Shown: piece by piece, positions 43,809 to 52,734 of the stretch | Layout: each line of letters opens with the position of its first letter | How positions within the stretch are numbered: position 1 is the stretch's first letter | NCBI GenBank assembly: GCA_039934035.1 | Contig: JBDTMZ010000047.1 | Span: 1,600 to 65,599, forward strand | Origin: Candidatus Solibacter sp. | GTDB taxonomy: Bacteria; Acidobacteriota; Terriglobia; Bryobacterales; Bryobacteraceae | Length of the DNA: 64,000 nucleotides | Reading direction: 5' to 3' | The notes under the pieces: model-generated | The model's input: only the letters and a program-made list of their open reading frames with translations | Database searches by the model: none | Told to the model about the DNA's origin: nothing | Position numbers and translations under genes: made by a program

Positions 43809-46553
43809 ATGATTCGTAACCAGGGATTAAACCGGGGAGTTCTTCCCCTCCTCTTCGCCTTCGCCTTCAGCGCGCTTGCCCAGACCCTTCCCCAAGGCGT
43901 CAGCAAGCTCACAGCCGTCGAAGGCATCACCGAATACGCTCTTCCGAACGGACTGCACGTGCTGCTCTTCCCGGACTCGTCGAAGCCCAACGTGACGGTC
44001 AATATGACCTACATGGTCGGCTCCCGGCACGAAGGCTATGGAGAGACCGGTATGGCTCACCTGTTGGAGCACATGCTGTTCCTGCAGACCAAAACCCGTA
44101 AAGACGTCAAGCAGGAACTGAAGGATCACGGAGCCGAGATGAACGGTTCCACCTCCTGGGACCGCACCAACTACTTCGAGACGCTGAATGCCAGCGACGA
44201 GAACCTCAAGTTCGCGCTGGAACTGGAAGCCGATCGCATGATCAACAGCCGGATCGAGAAGCCCCTGCTCGACACCGAGATGACTGTGGTGCGCAACGAA
44301 TTCGAGATGGGCGAGAACAGTCCGGAGCGTATGCTGATGCAGCGCGCGCTCGAGACGGCCTACACCTGGCACAACTACGGCAAGCTCCCCATCGGCAACC
44401 GCTCGGACATCGAGAATGTGCCGATCAACCGTCTGGCCGCGTTCTATCAGAAGTATTACCAGCCCGACAACGCCTTGCTGACCATCGCCGGCAAGTTCGA
44501 CGAAGACAAAATCCTGGCCCAGGTGGCCGGACTCTTCGGCGCCATCCCCAAGCCCACCCGCACATTGGAAAAGAGCTACACCGTGGAACCCACGCAGGAT
44601 GGAGAGCGCTCCATCACGCTGCGGCGCGTGGGCGATACCCAGGGCCTGATCGCGATCTATCACGTGCCTGCCGGATCGCATCCCGACGGCGCCGCCCTCA
44701 ACGTGCTCGGCGGCGTGCTGGGCGATCGTCCTTCCGGCCGCCTGTATAAGGCGCTGGTGGACAACAAGAAGGCCGTGGGCGCCTCCATGGGCATGGAAGA
44801 GCTCCACGATCCCGGCTTCATGCTGGCCTCGGTAAGTCTGAAACTCGATCAGTCGCTCGACGAGGCGCGGACCATTCTGCTGAAGACCGTGGAAGGCATC
44901 ACGGCCGAACCGCCCAGCAAGGAAGAGGTAGAGCGCGTCAAAACCCGCCTGCTGAAAAACATCGACCTGGAGATGACCGATTCGCAGTCCGTCGCCCTCG
45001 ATCTCAGCGAATACTATTCGCAGGGCGATTGGCGCCTCATGTTCCTGATGCGCGACCGCATCAAGGCGGTCACCGATGCCGACGTCCTGCGTGTCGCCAA
45101 GGCGTACCTGAAGGAATCCAACCGCACGCTCGCCACGTTCGTTCCCACCAAAGCGCCGGATCGCGCCGAGATTCCGGCAGCTCCGGATGTGACGGCCATG
45201 CTGAAGGATTTCAAGGGAACTGCCGTAATGGCAGCGGGTGAGGCTTTTGACCCGAGCCCTTCGAACATCGAATCGCGAGTCACGCGCAGCACTCTGCCGG
45301 GCGGCGTCAAGATGTCCCTGCTGCCGAGGAAGACGCGCGGCGGCACCGTGGTGGCGTCCGTGACCATCCGCTATGGCGACGAAAAGACCGTCTTCGGCAA
45401 AATAGCCACCGCCGGCATCGCGGGCGGCATGCTGATGCGCGGCACCAAGAACAAGACGCGCCAGCAGATTCAGGACGAGATGGACCGTTTGAAGGCGCAA
45501 ATGAGCGTCTCCGGCAGCGCCACCAGCGCCACCGCGCGGATTGAAACCACCGAAGCCAATCTGCCCGGCGCCCTGCGGCTCGCCGCCGAAATCCTGCACG
45601 AACCCTCGTTCCCCGACGCCGAATTCGAGACCATCCGCCAGCAGCGCATCGCCGGTGCCGAAGCCGGGCGCAGCGATCCGCAGGCTCTGGCGATCAATGA
45701 ATTCCAGCACCGCATGAATCCCTATCCGCGCGGCGACCTGCGCTACGTCTCCACCGCCGATGAGACCATCGAAGACCTGAAGAAAGTGACGCTCGACGAG
45801 GTGCGCGCCTTCCACAAGAATTTCTATGGCGCCAGCGTCGGCGAGATCGCGGTCTCCGGACAGTTCAATGCGCCCGAAATCACCAAGCTGGCCACCGAAC
45901 TTTTCGGAAGCTGGAAGAGCCCGGGCAGCTACACGCGCATCACCAGCATGTATCAGAAGGTCGCGCCGGAAGATAAGAAGATCGAGACGCCCGACAAGCA
46001 GAACGCCTTCTTCATCGCCGGTGAAATGGTGAAGATGAACGACGAGGACGCCGACTATCCCGCCATGGTGATGGCCGATTATCTCTTCGGCGCCAGTTCG
46101 CTGGGGACGCGGCTCTCGCGCCGCATTCGCGATAAGGAAGGCCTCAGCTACGTCGTGCAGAGCAACTTCAGTGCGCCCACTAAGGACGACGGCGGCAATT
46201 TCCTGGCTGTCGCGATCAGCAATCCCTCGAACGCGCCGAAGGTGGAAGCCAGTTTCCGCGACGAACTCGCCAAGACCCTGAAGGAAGGCTTCACCGCCGA
46301 AGAAGTCGCCACGGCTAAGAAGGCCTGGCAACAGGAACGGTCCATGGGCCGCTCCGAAGACGGCAATCTGGTGGGGCTGCTCTCCGGACGCCAGCGCTTC
46401 GACCGCACCTTGAAGTTCGATGAAGCGATGGATGCCAAGGTTGCCGCGCTGACCGCCGAACAGATCAGCGCCGCCTTCCGCAAACACGTCGACCCGGCCA
46501 ACCTGACCTTCGTCAAAGCAGGCGATTTCAAAAAGGCCGGCGTACTGCAATAG
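43809..46553 (+). CDS. M16 (pitrilysin/insulinase) family zinc peptidase, double-module
   Basis: The track ORF starts at GTG 43800. I prefer ATG 43809, which has AAGGTG 7 nt upstream. Signal peptide present. HxxEH zinc motif GMAHLLEHMLF. The second half is a non-catalytic M16 repeat. Confidence 0.9.
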   Translation: MIRNQGLNRGVLPLLFAFAFSALAQTLPQGVSKLTAVEGITEYALPNGLHVLLFPDSSKPNVTVNMTYMVGSRHEGYGETGMAHLLEHMLFLQTKTRKDVKQELKDHGAEMNGSTSWDRTNYFETLNASDENLKFALELEADRMINSRIEKPLLDTEMTVVRNEFEMGENSPERMLMQRALETAYTWHNYGKLPIGNRSDIENVPINRLAAFYQKYYQPDNALLTIAGKFDEDKILAQVAGLFGAIPKPTRTLEKSYTVEPTQDGERSITLRRVGDTQGLIAIYHVPAGSHPDGAALNVLGGVLGDRPSGRLYKALVDNKKAVGASMGMEELHDPGFMLASVSLKLDQSLDEARTILLKTVEGITAEPPSKEEVERVKTRLLKNIDLEMTDSQSVALDLSEYYSQGDWRLMFLMRDRIKAVTDADVLRVAKAYLKESNRTLATFVPTKAPDRAEIPAAPDVTAMLKDFKGTAVMAAGEAFDPSPSNIESRVTRSTLPGGVKMSLLPRKTRGGTVVASVTIRYGDEKTVFGKIATAGIAGGMLMRGTKNKTRQQIQDEMDRLKAQMSVSGSATSATARIETTEANLPGALRLAAEILHEPSFPDAEFETIRQQRIAGAEAGRSDPQALAINEFQHRMNPYPRGDLRYVSTADETIEDLKKVTLDEVRAFHKNFYGASVGEIAVSGQFNAPEITKLATELFGSWKSPGSYTRITSMYQKVAPEDKKIETPDKQNAFFIAGEMVKMNDEDADYPAMVMADYLFGASSLGTRLSRRIRDKEGLSYVVQSNFSAPTKDDGGNFLAVAISNPSNAPKVEASFRDELAKTLKEGFTAEEVATAKKAWQQERSMGRSEDGNLVGLLSGRQRFDRTLKFDEAMDAKVAALTAEQISAAFRKHVDPANLTFVKAGDFKKAGVLQ

Positions 46554-46557
46554 CTCT

Positions 46558-46591
46558 GGTGGGACCGACGATCGCTTTTTGTCGTCGGTCC
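46558..46591 (+). repeat. Hairpin repeat, family C variant with a covarying stem (GGTG-GGACCGACGA-TCGCTTTTTG-TCGTCGGTCC)
   Basis: Starts 5 nt after the M16 stop. The 10-bp stem is perfect. The loop differs from the 61171-61333 copies at one position, and the stem differs at three positions, each compensated. Confidence 0.8.
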
Positions 46592-46600
46592 GCACTCTGC

Positions 46601-46689
46601 GTAGGACAGTCCTCCCGGCCTGTCCACTTCATTTTTCGGTGGACTGTTCTGCCACAAGGGAACGGGACAGGCCAGGAGGCCCGTCCTAC
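46601..46689. repeat. REPIN-like inverted doublet of family B hairpins
   Basis: The left copy is GTAGGACAGTCCTCCCGGCCTGTCC (46601-46625). The right copy (46664-46689) in reverse complement reads GTAGGACGGGCCTCCTGGCCTGTCCC, matching at 22 of the first 25 positions. A 38-nt spacer separates them. Confidence 0.8.
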
Positions 46690-47450
46690 ACCTGGAACAG
46701 CAAGCTACAGCAGGTAAGCGCCCCTTCCGCTTTCATCAACTCGGAATTATCCAGCACTCTCACCTGCCTCCCCATCCCACTCAACACCTCCGCCGTGCGA
46801 GGAGCCGTCGAGGCGACCAGAATCGCGCCGCCGACGTCCAGCACATTAGCGCCGCTCTCCTCCGCTGCGTCCACCAATCGCAATCCGGCGAAGGCCGCCG
46901 CTTCCACCCAGGGACGATAAATCAGCACCGCATCGCCAATGAAACTGCACGCCGATTTCAGATGCAGGCAGCCATGCACCGCCACAGGCTGCACGTGATA
47001 TCCGAAGGGCTCCGCCTCCGCCGCCAGTTGCGCAATGCCCGCCGCGTTACTGCGCGCCGTCACGCCCACATACAGCGTCTTGCCCGCCAGCAGCACGTCG
47101 CCGCCATCCATCATCGCGGGCTCCCGCATCCAGCGCAGCGCACGGTAGGGGGCGAGCGCCCGTGCCAGGCTTTCCGATTCGCCGCGGCGGGACGCGGCGC
47201 CCAAACGCGTCATCACCGCCACTTCGTTCAGCACGATGGCCGCGTCCTCCACAAACACCGCGTCGGGATACTCCGCTTCCGCCGCCAGCGAAATCACGTC
47301 CACGCCGAGTTCACGCAGACAGTTTTCGTAGGCACGATGCTGCTGCTGCGCACGCTCGATATCGATGGCTTCCCGCTTCAGGAACGTCAGTTCACAGGCG
47401 TCCATCGACGGGCTAACCGCGCGCGTGATCGCTTTCCACATCTTTAGCAT
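46686..47450 (-). CDS. Dimethylarginine dimethylaminohydrolase (DDAH)/amidinotransferase-fold protein
   Basis: 254 aa. VFVEDAAIV, DGGDVL, HLKSA and a C-terminal catalytic Cys context GALTCCSLL. Confidence 0.8.
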   Translation of the reverse strand: MLKMWKAITRAVSPSMDACELTFLKREAIDIERAQQQHRAYENCLRELGVDVISLAAEAEYPDAVFVEDAAIVLNEVAVMTRLGAASRRGESESLARALAPYRALRWMREPAMMDGGDVLLAGKTLYVGVTARSNAAGIAQLAAEAEPFGYHVQPVAVHGCLHLKSACSFIGDAVLIYRPWVEAAAFAGLRLVDAAEESGANVLDVGGAILVASTAPRTAEVLSGMGRQVRVLDNSELMKAEGALTCCSLLFQV

Positions 47451-47481
47451 TCTACGCGAACGGAAAACGCCGCCGCGGCGG

Positions 47482-48762
47482 TCACACGAATTTGTACACG
47501 CCGGGCACCGGCAGCGGCGTCGGCGGGAAGCTTGCCTTCATATCGAATGTCTTGGGCATCAGATCCTGTTGGGAGTTCAGGATCATGTTCCAGGTGACCT
47601 TCTGGCCGCTGTAGGCGGCTTCGCGCCCCATGATGCAAGTCAGCGTGCTCTCCGCCACCTCCATCGCTTCGTTGAGGTAGGGACCCTTGCCCACGATGCT
47701 GTTCATCATGTCGATGTGCTCTTGCACGTAAGGGTCGAACGGCAGCTTCACGCCGCGCAATTCCAGCGAATCGATCACGCCTTTGGTCCCCACAATCCGC
47801 TCGCTGATGTTCTGCGCGGAGCCGTTGTACTGCCGGCAGTAGCTCGACAGGTGCGAGCCGTCGGCGTACACAAAATCGGCCGACAGATGATCGTAGATGT
47901 TGCCGTATTCCTCTTCGCGCGGCCGCCACGCGGCGCCGCCCGATGCCACTGCCTCCACGGGATGCGCGCCCTTGAACCAGTTGCACACATCGATATTGTG
48001 CAGGTGCTGCTCCACAATCTGGTCGCCGCAGATCCACAGGAAGGAGTACCAGTTGCGCTGCTGCCATTCCACATCGGCCCACCGGGGGTCCCGCTTCTTG
48101 TTCGGAAACAGTTTGGCATTATTGAAATTCAGCACCGGCGTGCCCACCCAGTTGGCGTCCATGTGCACGATGTCGCCAAGTTCGCCGTTCTTCACCCGCT
48201 TGTAGTGATCCAGATACCAGGTCTGCGACCGCCGCTGCGCGCCCGATTTCACGGTGAGTTTCAGCTCTTTCGCCTTCTGCGCCGCCGCCATGAAACGGCG
48301 CACGCCGGTCGCATCCGTGCCCATCGGCTTCTCGCAGAAAATGTGTTTCTTCGCCTCCACCGCCGCTTCGAAATGCAGCGGCCGGTAGGCCGGATAGGCC
48401 GCCAGCATGACGATATCGACATCGCTCGCCACCAGCTTCTTATAAGCGTCGAAGCCGATGAAGCGGTGCTCAGGATCCACTTTGAAGCGGCTCGACAATT
48501 CCGGCTTCAGGTTGCGCGTGGTACGGATGGAATCCTCCATCCGATCTTCGAACACGTCGGCCAACGCGACGATTTCGACGTTATCGCACCCGGTAAGAAG
48601 GTTCTCGACGGCCTGCGTGCCGCGTCCGCCGCAGCCAATCAAACCGGCCTTCAATTTCGGATTGCCCTGACCGCGAACCAGTTCGGGCCGGATGATTTGA
48701 AAAGCTCCGGCCGCGCCGATACTGGACGCAAGAAACGACCTGCGTGACTTAGACTCGCTCAT
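47482..48762 (-). CDS. TAT-exported Gfo/Idh/MocA family oxidoreductase
   Basis: 426 aa. Twin-arginine signal SRRSFLASSIGAAGA and Rossmann motif GLIGCGGRGT. Confidence 0.9.
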   Translation of the reverse strand: MSESKSRRSFLASSIGAAGAFQIIRPELVRGQGNPKLKAGLIGCGGRGTQAVENLLTGCDNVEIVALADVFEDRMEDSIRTTRNLKPELSSRFKVDPEHRFIGFDAYKKLVASDVDIVMLAAYPAYRPLHFEAAVEAKKHIFCEKPMGTDATGVRRFMAAAQKAKELKLTVKSGAQRRSQTWYLDHYKRVKNGELGDIVHMDANWVGTPVLNFNNAKLFPNKKRDPRWADVEWQQRNWYSFLWICGDQIVEQHLHNIDVCNWFKGAHPVEAVASGGAAWRPREEEYGNIYDHLSADFVYADGSHLSSYCRQYNGSAQNISERIVGTKGVIDSLELRGVKLPFDPYVQEHIDMMNSIVGKGPYLNEAMEVAESTLTCIMGREAAYSGQKVTWNMILNSQQDLMPKTFDMKASFPPTPLPVPGVYKFV

Positions 48763-48827
48763 TCCACACCCCCGGACCGCTTACTCTAGTACGGATCTCC
48801 ACCGTGAGCAATCCGCCGGGCACACGC

Positions 48828-48862
48828 AAAAAAGTGGCGAGCACCTTGCGGGCGCTCGCCAC
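48828..48862 (-). terminator. Rho-independent terminator of gene 48887..49786
   Basis: The minus-strand RNA reads GUGGCGAGCGCC-CGCAA-GGUGCUCGCCAC followed by UUUUUU. It lies 24 nt after the stop codon. Confidence 0.75.
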
Positions 48863-48886
48863 CGATTCACACCTGTCTGCTGGTCG

Positions 48887-49786
48887 TTATTTCTTGACCG
48901 AGAGGATCACGCTAGCCGGAGACGTGGCGCCGGACACGGTCGCCGTCAGCGGGTAATCGCCATCCGCCATGGAGGCCGGCACCTGAATCGCGATCTGATA
49001 AAGTCCCGCATACCCCGGAGAGAGCGCCGCGCCGAACACCGTCGCGTCCGCCGACCCGATCTTCACCGTCACCGGACTGGTGCTGTACAGCTTGTCGGAC
49101 GGGACCTGAATTCCCGCAGCCACCGCCGGACTTGTCGGACCGAAGCCGGTACCCCACAGAATCAGCACATCGCCGGGCTTCGCCGCCAGCGTGTTGGCTC
49201 CGGCGAAGGTTCCCGCCTTCACCGCCAGGCTGCCATCCGAATTGCGCGTGGCCACCGCCTGACTGCCGGGCCACTGGAAGAAGGCCGGCGCCTGCGCCAC
49301 CACTGTGGCCGTGACCGCGAGGCTGGTGCCTCCCGGCGTCTTCACCGTGACCGGCACGGGACCGGCGCCGATATCGGGCGCCTGCACGTTAATTTGCCCG
49401 GGGCTGATGAAGTATACGTACGCGTCCTTGCTGCCCATGCTGACGCTTACACCGTCAAGCGTCGTCGGCAGCTTGCCGTCGACGATCGCGTTATCCCAGG
49501 TGTCCGCACTCACCGGCGAGAGATTCGCGCCTTTGATGGTGACCCACGATCCGGGCACGATTCCGGGCTGGAAACTGGCGCCGCTCACTACTCCGCCGCC
49601 ATCTACCGTCGGCGTGGAAATCGGCACCGTATCGGCCAATGCGAGCCCCGCGGCCAGGCTCGAATTGTAGATCGATGCGAGCGAGCCGGGCGCGTTGCCG
49701 CTCTGGGCGTGGGCCGCGGCCGCTACGCCTGCAAACAAAAGTACTCTGATGAAATCCCTCTTCACTGGCATCCCTCTCTCATTCAC
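48887..49786 (-). CDS. Secreted protein with a Solibacter-type IPT/TIG-like module (paralogue of 32192..33076)
   Basis: 299 aa with a signal peptide. SPGQINVQAPD..GPVPVTV, KPGDVLILWGTGFGPT and GYAGLYQIAIQVP align with the C-terminus of 13840..15726. A canonical intrinsic terminator follows. Confidence 0.75.
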   Translation of the reverse strand: MNERGMPVKRDFIRVLLFAGVAAAAHAQSGNAPGSLASIYNSSLAAGLALADTVPISTPTVDGGGVVSGASFQPGIVPGSWVTIKGANLSPVSADTWDNAIVDGKLPTTLDGVSVSMGSKDAYVYFISPGQINVQAPDIGAGPVPVTVKTPGGTSLAVTATVVAQAPAFFQWPGSQAVATRNSDGSLAVKAGTFAGANTLAAKPGDVLILWGTGFGPTSPAVAAGIQVPSDKLYSTSPVTVKIGSADATVFGAALSPGYAGLYQIAIQVPASMADGDYPLTATVSGATSPASVILSVKK

Positions 49787-49842
49787 GATTCTACGGTCCC
49801 GGCGGCGGGCGCACCAACCTTTTGCCCCAGAATTTACTAATG

Positions 49843-51540
49843 CTACTGTGTCTGCAACTCGTGTAACGTCCGCGCGACTTCGGGATGTACACCGCCATCG
49901 AGATCGGCAGCCTGTGTGGCTTCGCGCAGCGCCTCCGCATCGCGCCCTTGCAACTTCAACACCCGCGCCAGCATCCAGTGCGGTTTAAACCAGTTTGGAT
50001 GCGCGCCGATGGCGGCGCGGAGGCATTGTTCGGTGGCGCGCGCATTGTTCTGCAGGGCACGGATGGTGGAGAGGCTGTACCACGCGTTGAACGGCGCTTC
50101 CGCCGTGCGTGTGGCGCGCTCCCCCGCCTGCGAGGCGCGTTCCAGCGCCACCAGCCGCTCCGGAAGCTGCTGCGCCTTCGACGCTGCTTCCCACAGGGCG
50201 CGCGAGTACCACAGGTCGCTGCTCTGTCCCGATGCCGCGTAATGCGCCGCCGCCGCACTCAGCTTGCCTGCCGCCAGATCGCGTTGCGCCGCCGCCAGCG
50301 CATGATCGCCCAGCGCGCTCTGCACGGCGAAATAGATCAGTGGCAGCGCCAACGGCCAGCGCCTGACCGAAGGTGCCGCCGGCATCGCCATCCCCGCCGC
50401 GATTCCCACCGTCGCGAAGAAAATCGCCGCCGTCGCCAGTGTGAATACCGTGAACTGCTGACTGACCGTTCCCGCCGCCATGGCCGCCGCCAATCCGGCG
50501 GCCAATCGCGGATGCGCGCCGCGGAGCTTCCACGCCGCACCGAAGCCCAGCGCACACCACGCCGCCAAGAGCGCGAGCCCCACCACGCCCTGCCCCACCA
50601 GCGCGTCCAAAAACATATTGTGCGGCGATTCGTGCGCAAACTCCGGATAGGCCCGTGCCAGCGCTTTCGATTCGTGATGCGGGAACTCCGCGGTGAACGT
50701 CTCCGGCCCGTATCCCGCCACGGGACGCGCCATGCCCATCGCCAGGCTGTCGCGCCACAGCCGCGGGCGCGCCCCGCCCCACGGGTCTTCCACATACCAC
50801 CGGGCGCGGCTGCGCAACGGCTGGCCCACCGGCGAGAGGTAGAGCCCGGCCAGCGCGACCAGTGCTGCCACGCCGCCCCAGATCGCGCGCCGCGGCACGC
50901 CGAAGCCACGCCAGTAGAACCACACCATTGCGCCCACCGCCAGGCCGGCCATGGCCGCCCGCGTGCCGGTGAGCAGCATCGCCACCGCCGCAAGGGCCGC
51001 GCAGACTTTGGCCATCCGCCCTGGCAGCGCGGCGCTCAGGAAGACCACGTAGAGCAGCCACGTCGCGAAGTAGCTCACGTACCCCAACGTGGAAGGGGGC
51101 CGCACGATCGTCCAGAAGCCCTCGCCCACGTGATAGGCGGCCGCCGGGAGCAACGGGTCCCAGCCGGCGTACTGCGCGATTCCATACAGCGCCGTGATCG
51201 CGCCCGCCACACTGAGGATGCGCAGCATCGCACCTACTCGGTCCGTCTGCGCGGCCATCGCCCACGCGATCACTACTACGGCAGCTTGCCCGAGCGCGCC
51301 GAACTGCCTCCAATGCGTGCCGCGGAAAGAGAGGGCGGGGTCCGTGCTCAACGCCGTGCACACCGCCAGCCACACCAAGGTAGCGATGGCCAGCCAGGCC
51401 AGCGCGCCGCGGCGCAGCGGCACCAGCGCGACGCCGGCCGTCAGCAGCAGCACCACAAACTTCGGAGTCACGTCAAAATAGAAGAGAAGCCCAGGCGTTA
51501 GAATTAACGCACTGAGGCCCAGCGCGGCTGCCAGGAGCAT
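49843..51540 (-). CDS. O-antigen ligase/Wzy_C-like polytopic membrane protein with a C-terminal TPR-like domain
   Basis: Trimmed from track ORF 49843..52386, whose N-terminus is antisense to the Wzz gene. Start at ATG 51540 (MLLAAALGLSALIL), with GTG 51558 as an alternative. About 11 TM segments, an HESPHNMFLDAL Wzy_C-type loop, and a helical-repeat tail. Confidence 0.75.
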   Translation of the reverse strand: MLLAAALGLSALILTPGLLFYFDVTPKFVVLLLTAGVALVPLRRGALAWLAIATLVWLAVCTALSTDPALSFRGTHWRQFGALGQAAVVVIAWAMAAQTDRVGAMLRILSVAGAITALYGIAQYAGWDPLLPAAAYHVGEGFWTIVRPPSTLGYVSYFATWLLYVVFLSAALPGRMAKVCAALAAVAMLLTGTRAAMAGLAVGAMVWFYWRGFGVPRRAIWGGVAALVALAGLYLSPVGQPLRSRARWYVEDPWGGARPRLWRDSLAMGMARPVAGYGPETFTAEFPHHESKALARAYPEFAHESPHNMFLDALVGQGVVGLALLAAWCALGFGAAWKLRGAHPRLAAGLAAAMAAGTVSQQFTVFTLATAAIFFATVGIAAGMAMPAAPSVRRWPLALPLIYFAVQSALGDHALAAAQRDLAAGKLSAAAAHYAASGQSSDLWYSRALWEAASKAQQLPERLVALERASQAGERATRTAEAPFNAWYSLSTIRALQNNARATEQCLRAAIGAHPNWFKPHWMLARVLKLQGRDAEALREATQAADLDGGVHPEVARTLHELQTQ

Positions 51541-51576
51541 GAACTTGTCAGGGTACACTATCTCAGGAATTCGGGG

Positions 51577-52686
51577 ATGAACGAATCTTTCGACGCATAT
51601 CGTTACATTGGTTACCTGCGCGGCCGGTGGCGTTGGATCGCCGGTAGTGCCGCGCTCGCCGCCTGCCTCGCGGCAATCGCCAGCCTGCTGATGACTCCGC
51701 AATATACGGCCACGGCGCAGATCGTGATCGATCCGCCGGCGGGCGCGGACCTGCGCTCCGCCATGGCCGTCAGCCCCATCTATCTGGAATCGCTCAAGAC
51801 CTACGAGCGCTTCGCCGGCAGCGATACGCTCTTCCAGAAAGCCATGCTCAAGTTCGACCTCAAGGCGCGGCCCATCGAAAGCGTCAAGCGCCGTGTGCTG
51901 AACGTGAACCTGGTGCGCAATACACGCATCCTGGAAATCGCCGTCACGCTTCCCGACCCGGTGAAAGCGCAGGCGCTCGCCAAATTCCTGGCCGATTCCA
52001 CGGTGGAGATCAATCGCGCATCCGTCTCCGAGAGCGGTGATGACCTGGTGCGCGGCATCGAGCAGCAGGCCGGCGAACTGCGCGCCCGCGTGCAGCAGGC
52101 AGACACCGCCTGGGCGAAGACGGTGGCCGCCGAACCCTTGCTTGGTCTGGAGGCGGCCGCCGGACAGACCGGCGAACTGCGCGCCAAAATCGAAGAGCAG
52201 GCACGCGCCGTGGAACTGGAAATCGCCGACCTGCAGGACCGCATCAAGACCACTCCCGACGCCGCGGAGATGCGCCGTCAGGAGAGCAATGCCCGCGTGC
52301 GTCTGGCCGAAATGCGCAAGCAGATGCAAGACCTGGAACGCCAGGGCGCGGAGCGCGAGAAACTGCTGGCCACCCGGCAGGCGCATCGCGACCAGATCGA
52401 TGCCGAACGCAAGGCCAACCAGACCGCGCTCGCGGGCATGGAAACGCGCCTGCGCGACGCACGCGGCGAAACCGGATTCCGCGGCGAACGCCTCAAAGTG
52501 ATCGATCCGGGCATCGTGCCGGAACGCCCATCCTCGCCCAATCTGCCTCTGAATGTGGCTGCCGCCCTGCTCGCCGGCCTGGTGCTGCCCATTTTATTCT
52601 TCACCTTCGAAATGAACTTCCAGCACCGGCGCGCCGCGCTGGCGCGCACTAATTTCCGCACCGTCGCGAAGGCTGGTGATGAATAG
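51577..52686 (+). CDS. Polysaccharide chain-length determinant (Wzz/GumC-type PCP, no kinase domain)
   Basis: 369 aa. An N-terminal TM followed by P.YTA.A.I.I, a long coiled-coil periplasmic region, and a C-terminal P.(S)PN....L...GL TM segment. Confidence 0.8.
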   Translation: MNESFDAYRYIGYLRGRWRWIAGSAALAACLAAIASLLMTPQYTATAQIVIDPPAGADLRSAMAVSPIYLESLKTYERFAGSDTLFQKAMLKFDLKARPIESVKRRVLNVNLVRNTRILEIAVTLPDPVKAQALAKFLADSTVEINRASVSESGDDLVRGIEQQAGELRARVQQADTAWAKTVAAEPLLGLEAAAGQTGELRAKIEEQARAVELEIADLQDRIKTTPDAAEMRRQESNARVRLAEMRKQMQDLERQGAEREKLLATRQAHRDQIDAERKANQTALAGMETRLRDARGETGFRGERLKVIDPGIVPERPSSPNLPLNVAAALLAGLVLPILFFTFEMNFQHRRAALARTNFRTVAKAGDE

Positions 52687-52734
52687 CGGTTCGCAGTTCC
52701 GCTGCTTGGTGGAGCCCTCGCCTGGTGCTCTCCC

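Noticed and set aside
43827-46595. 922-aa ORF on the - strand
   Set aside because: It mirrors the M16 peptidase gene over its full length and extends into the repeat-filled spacer. It has no motifs and is a shadow ORF.
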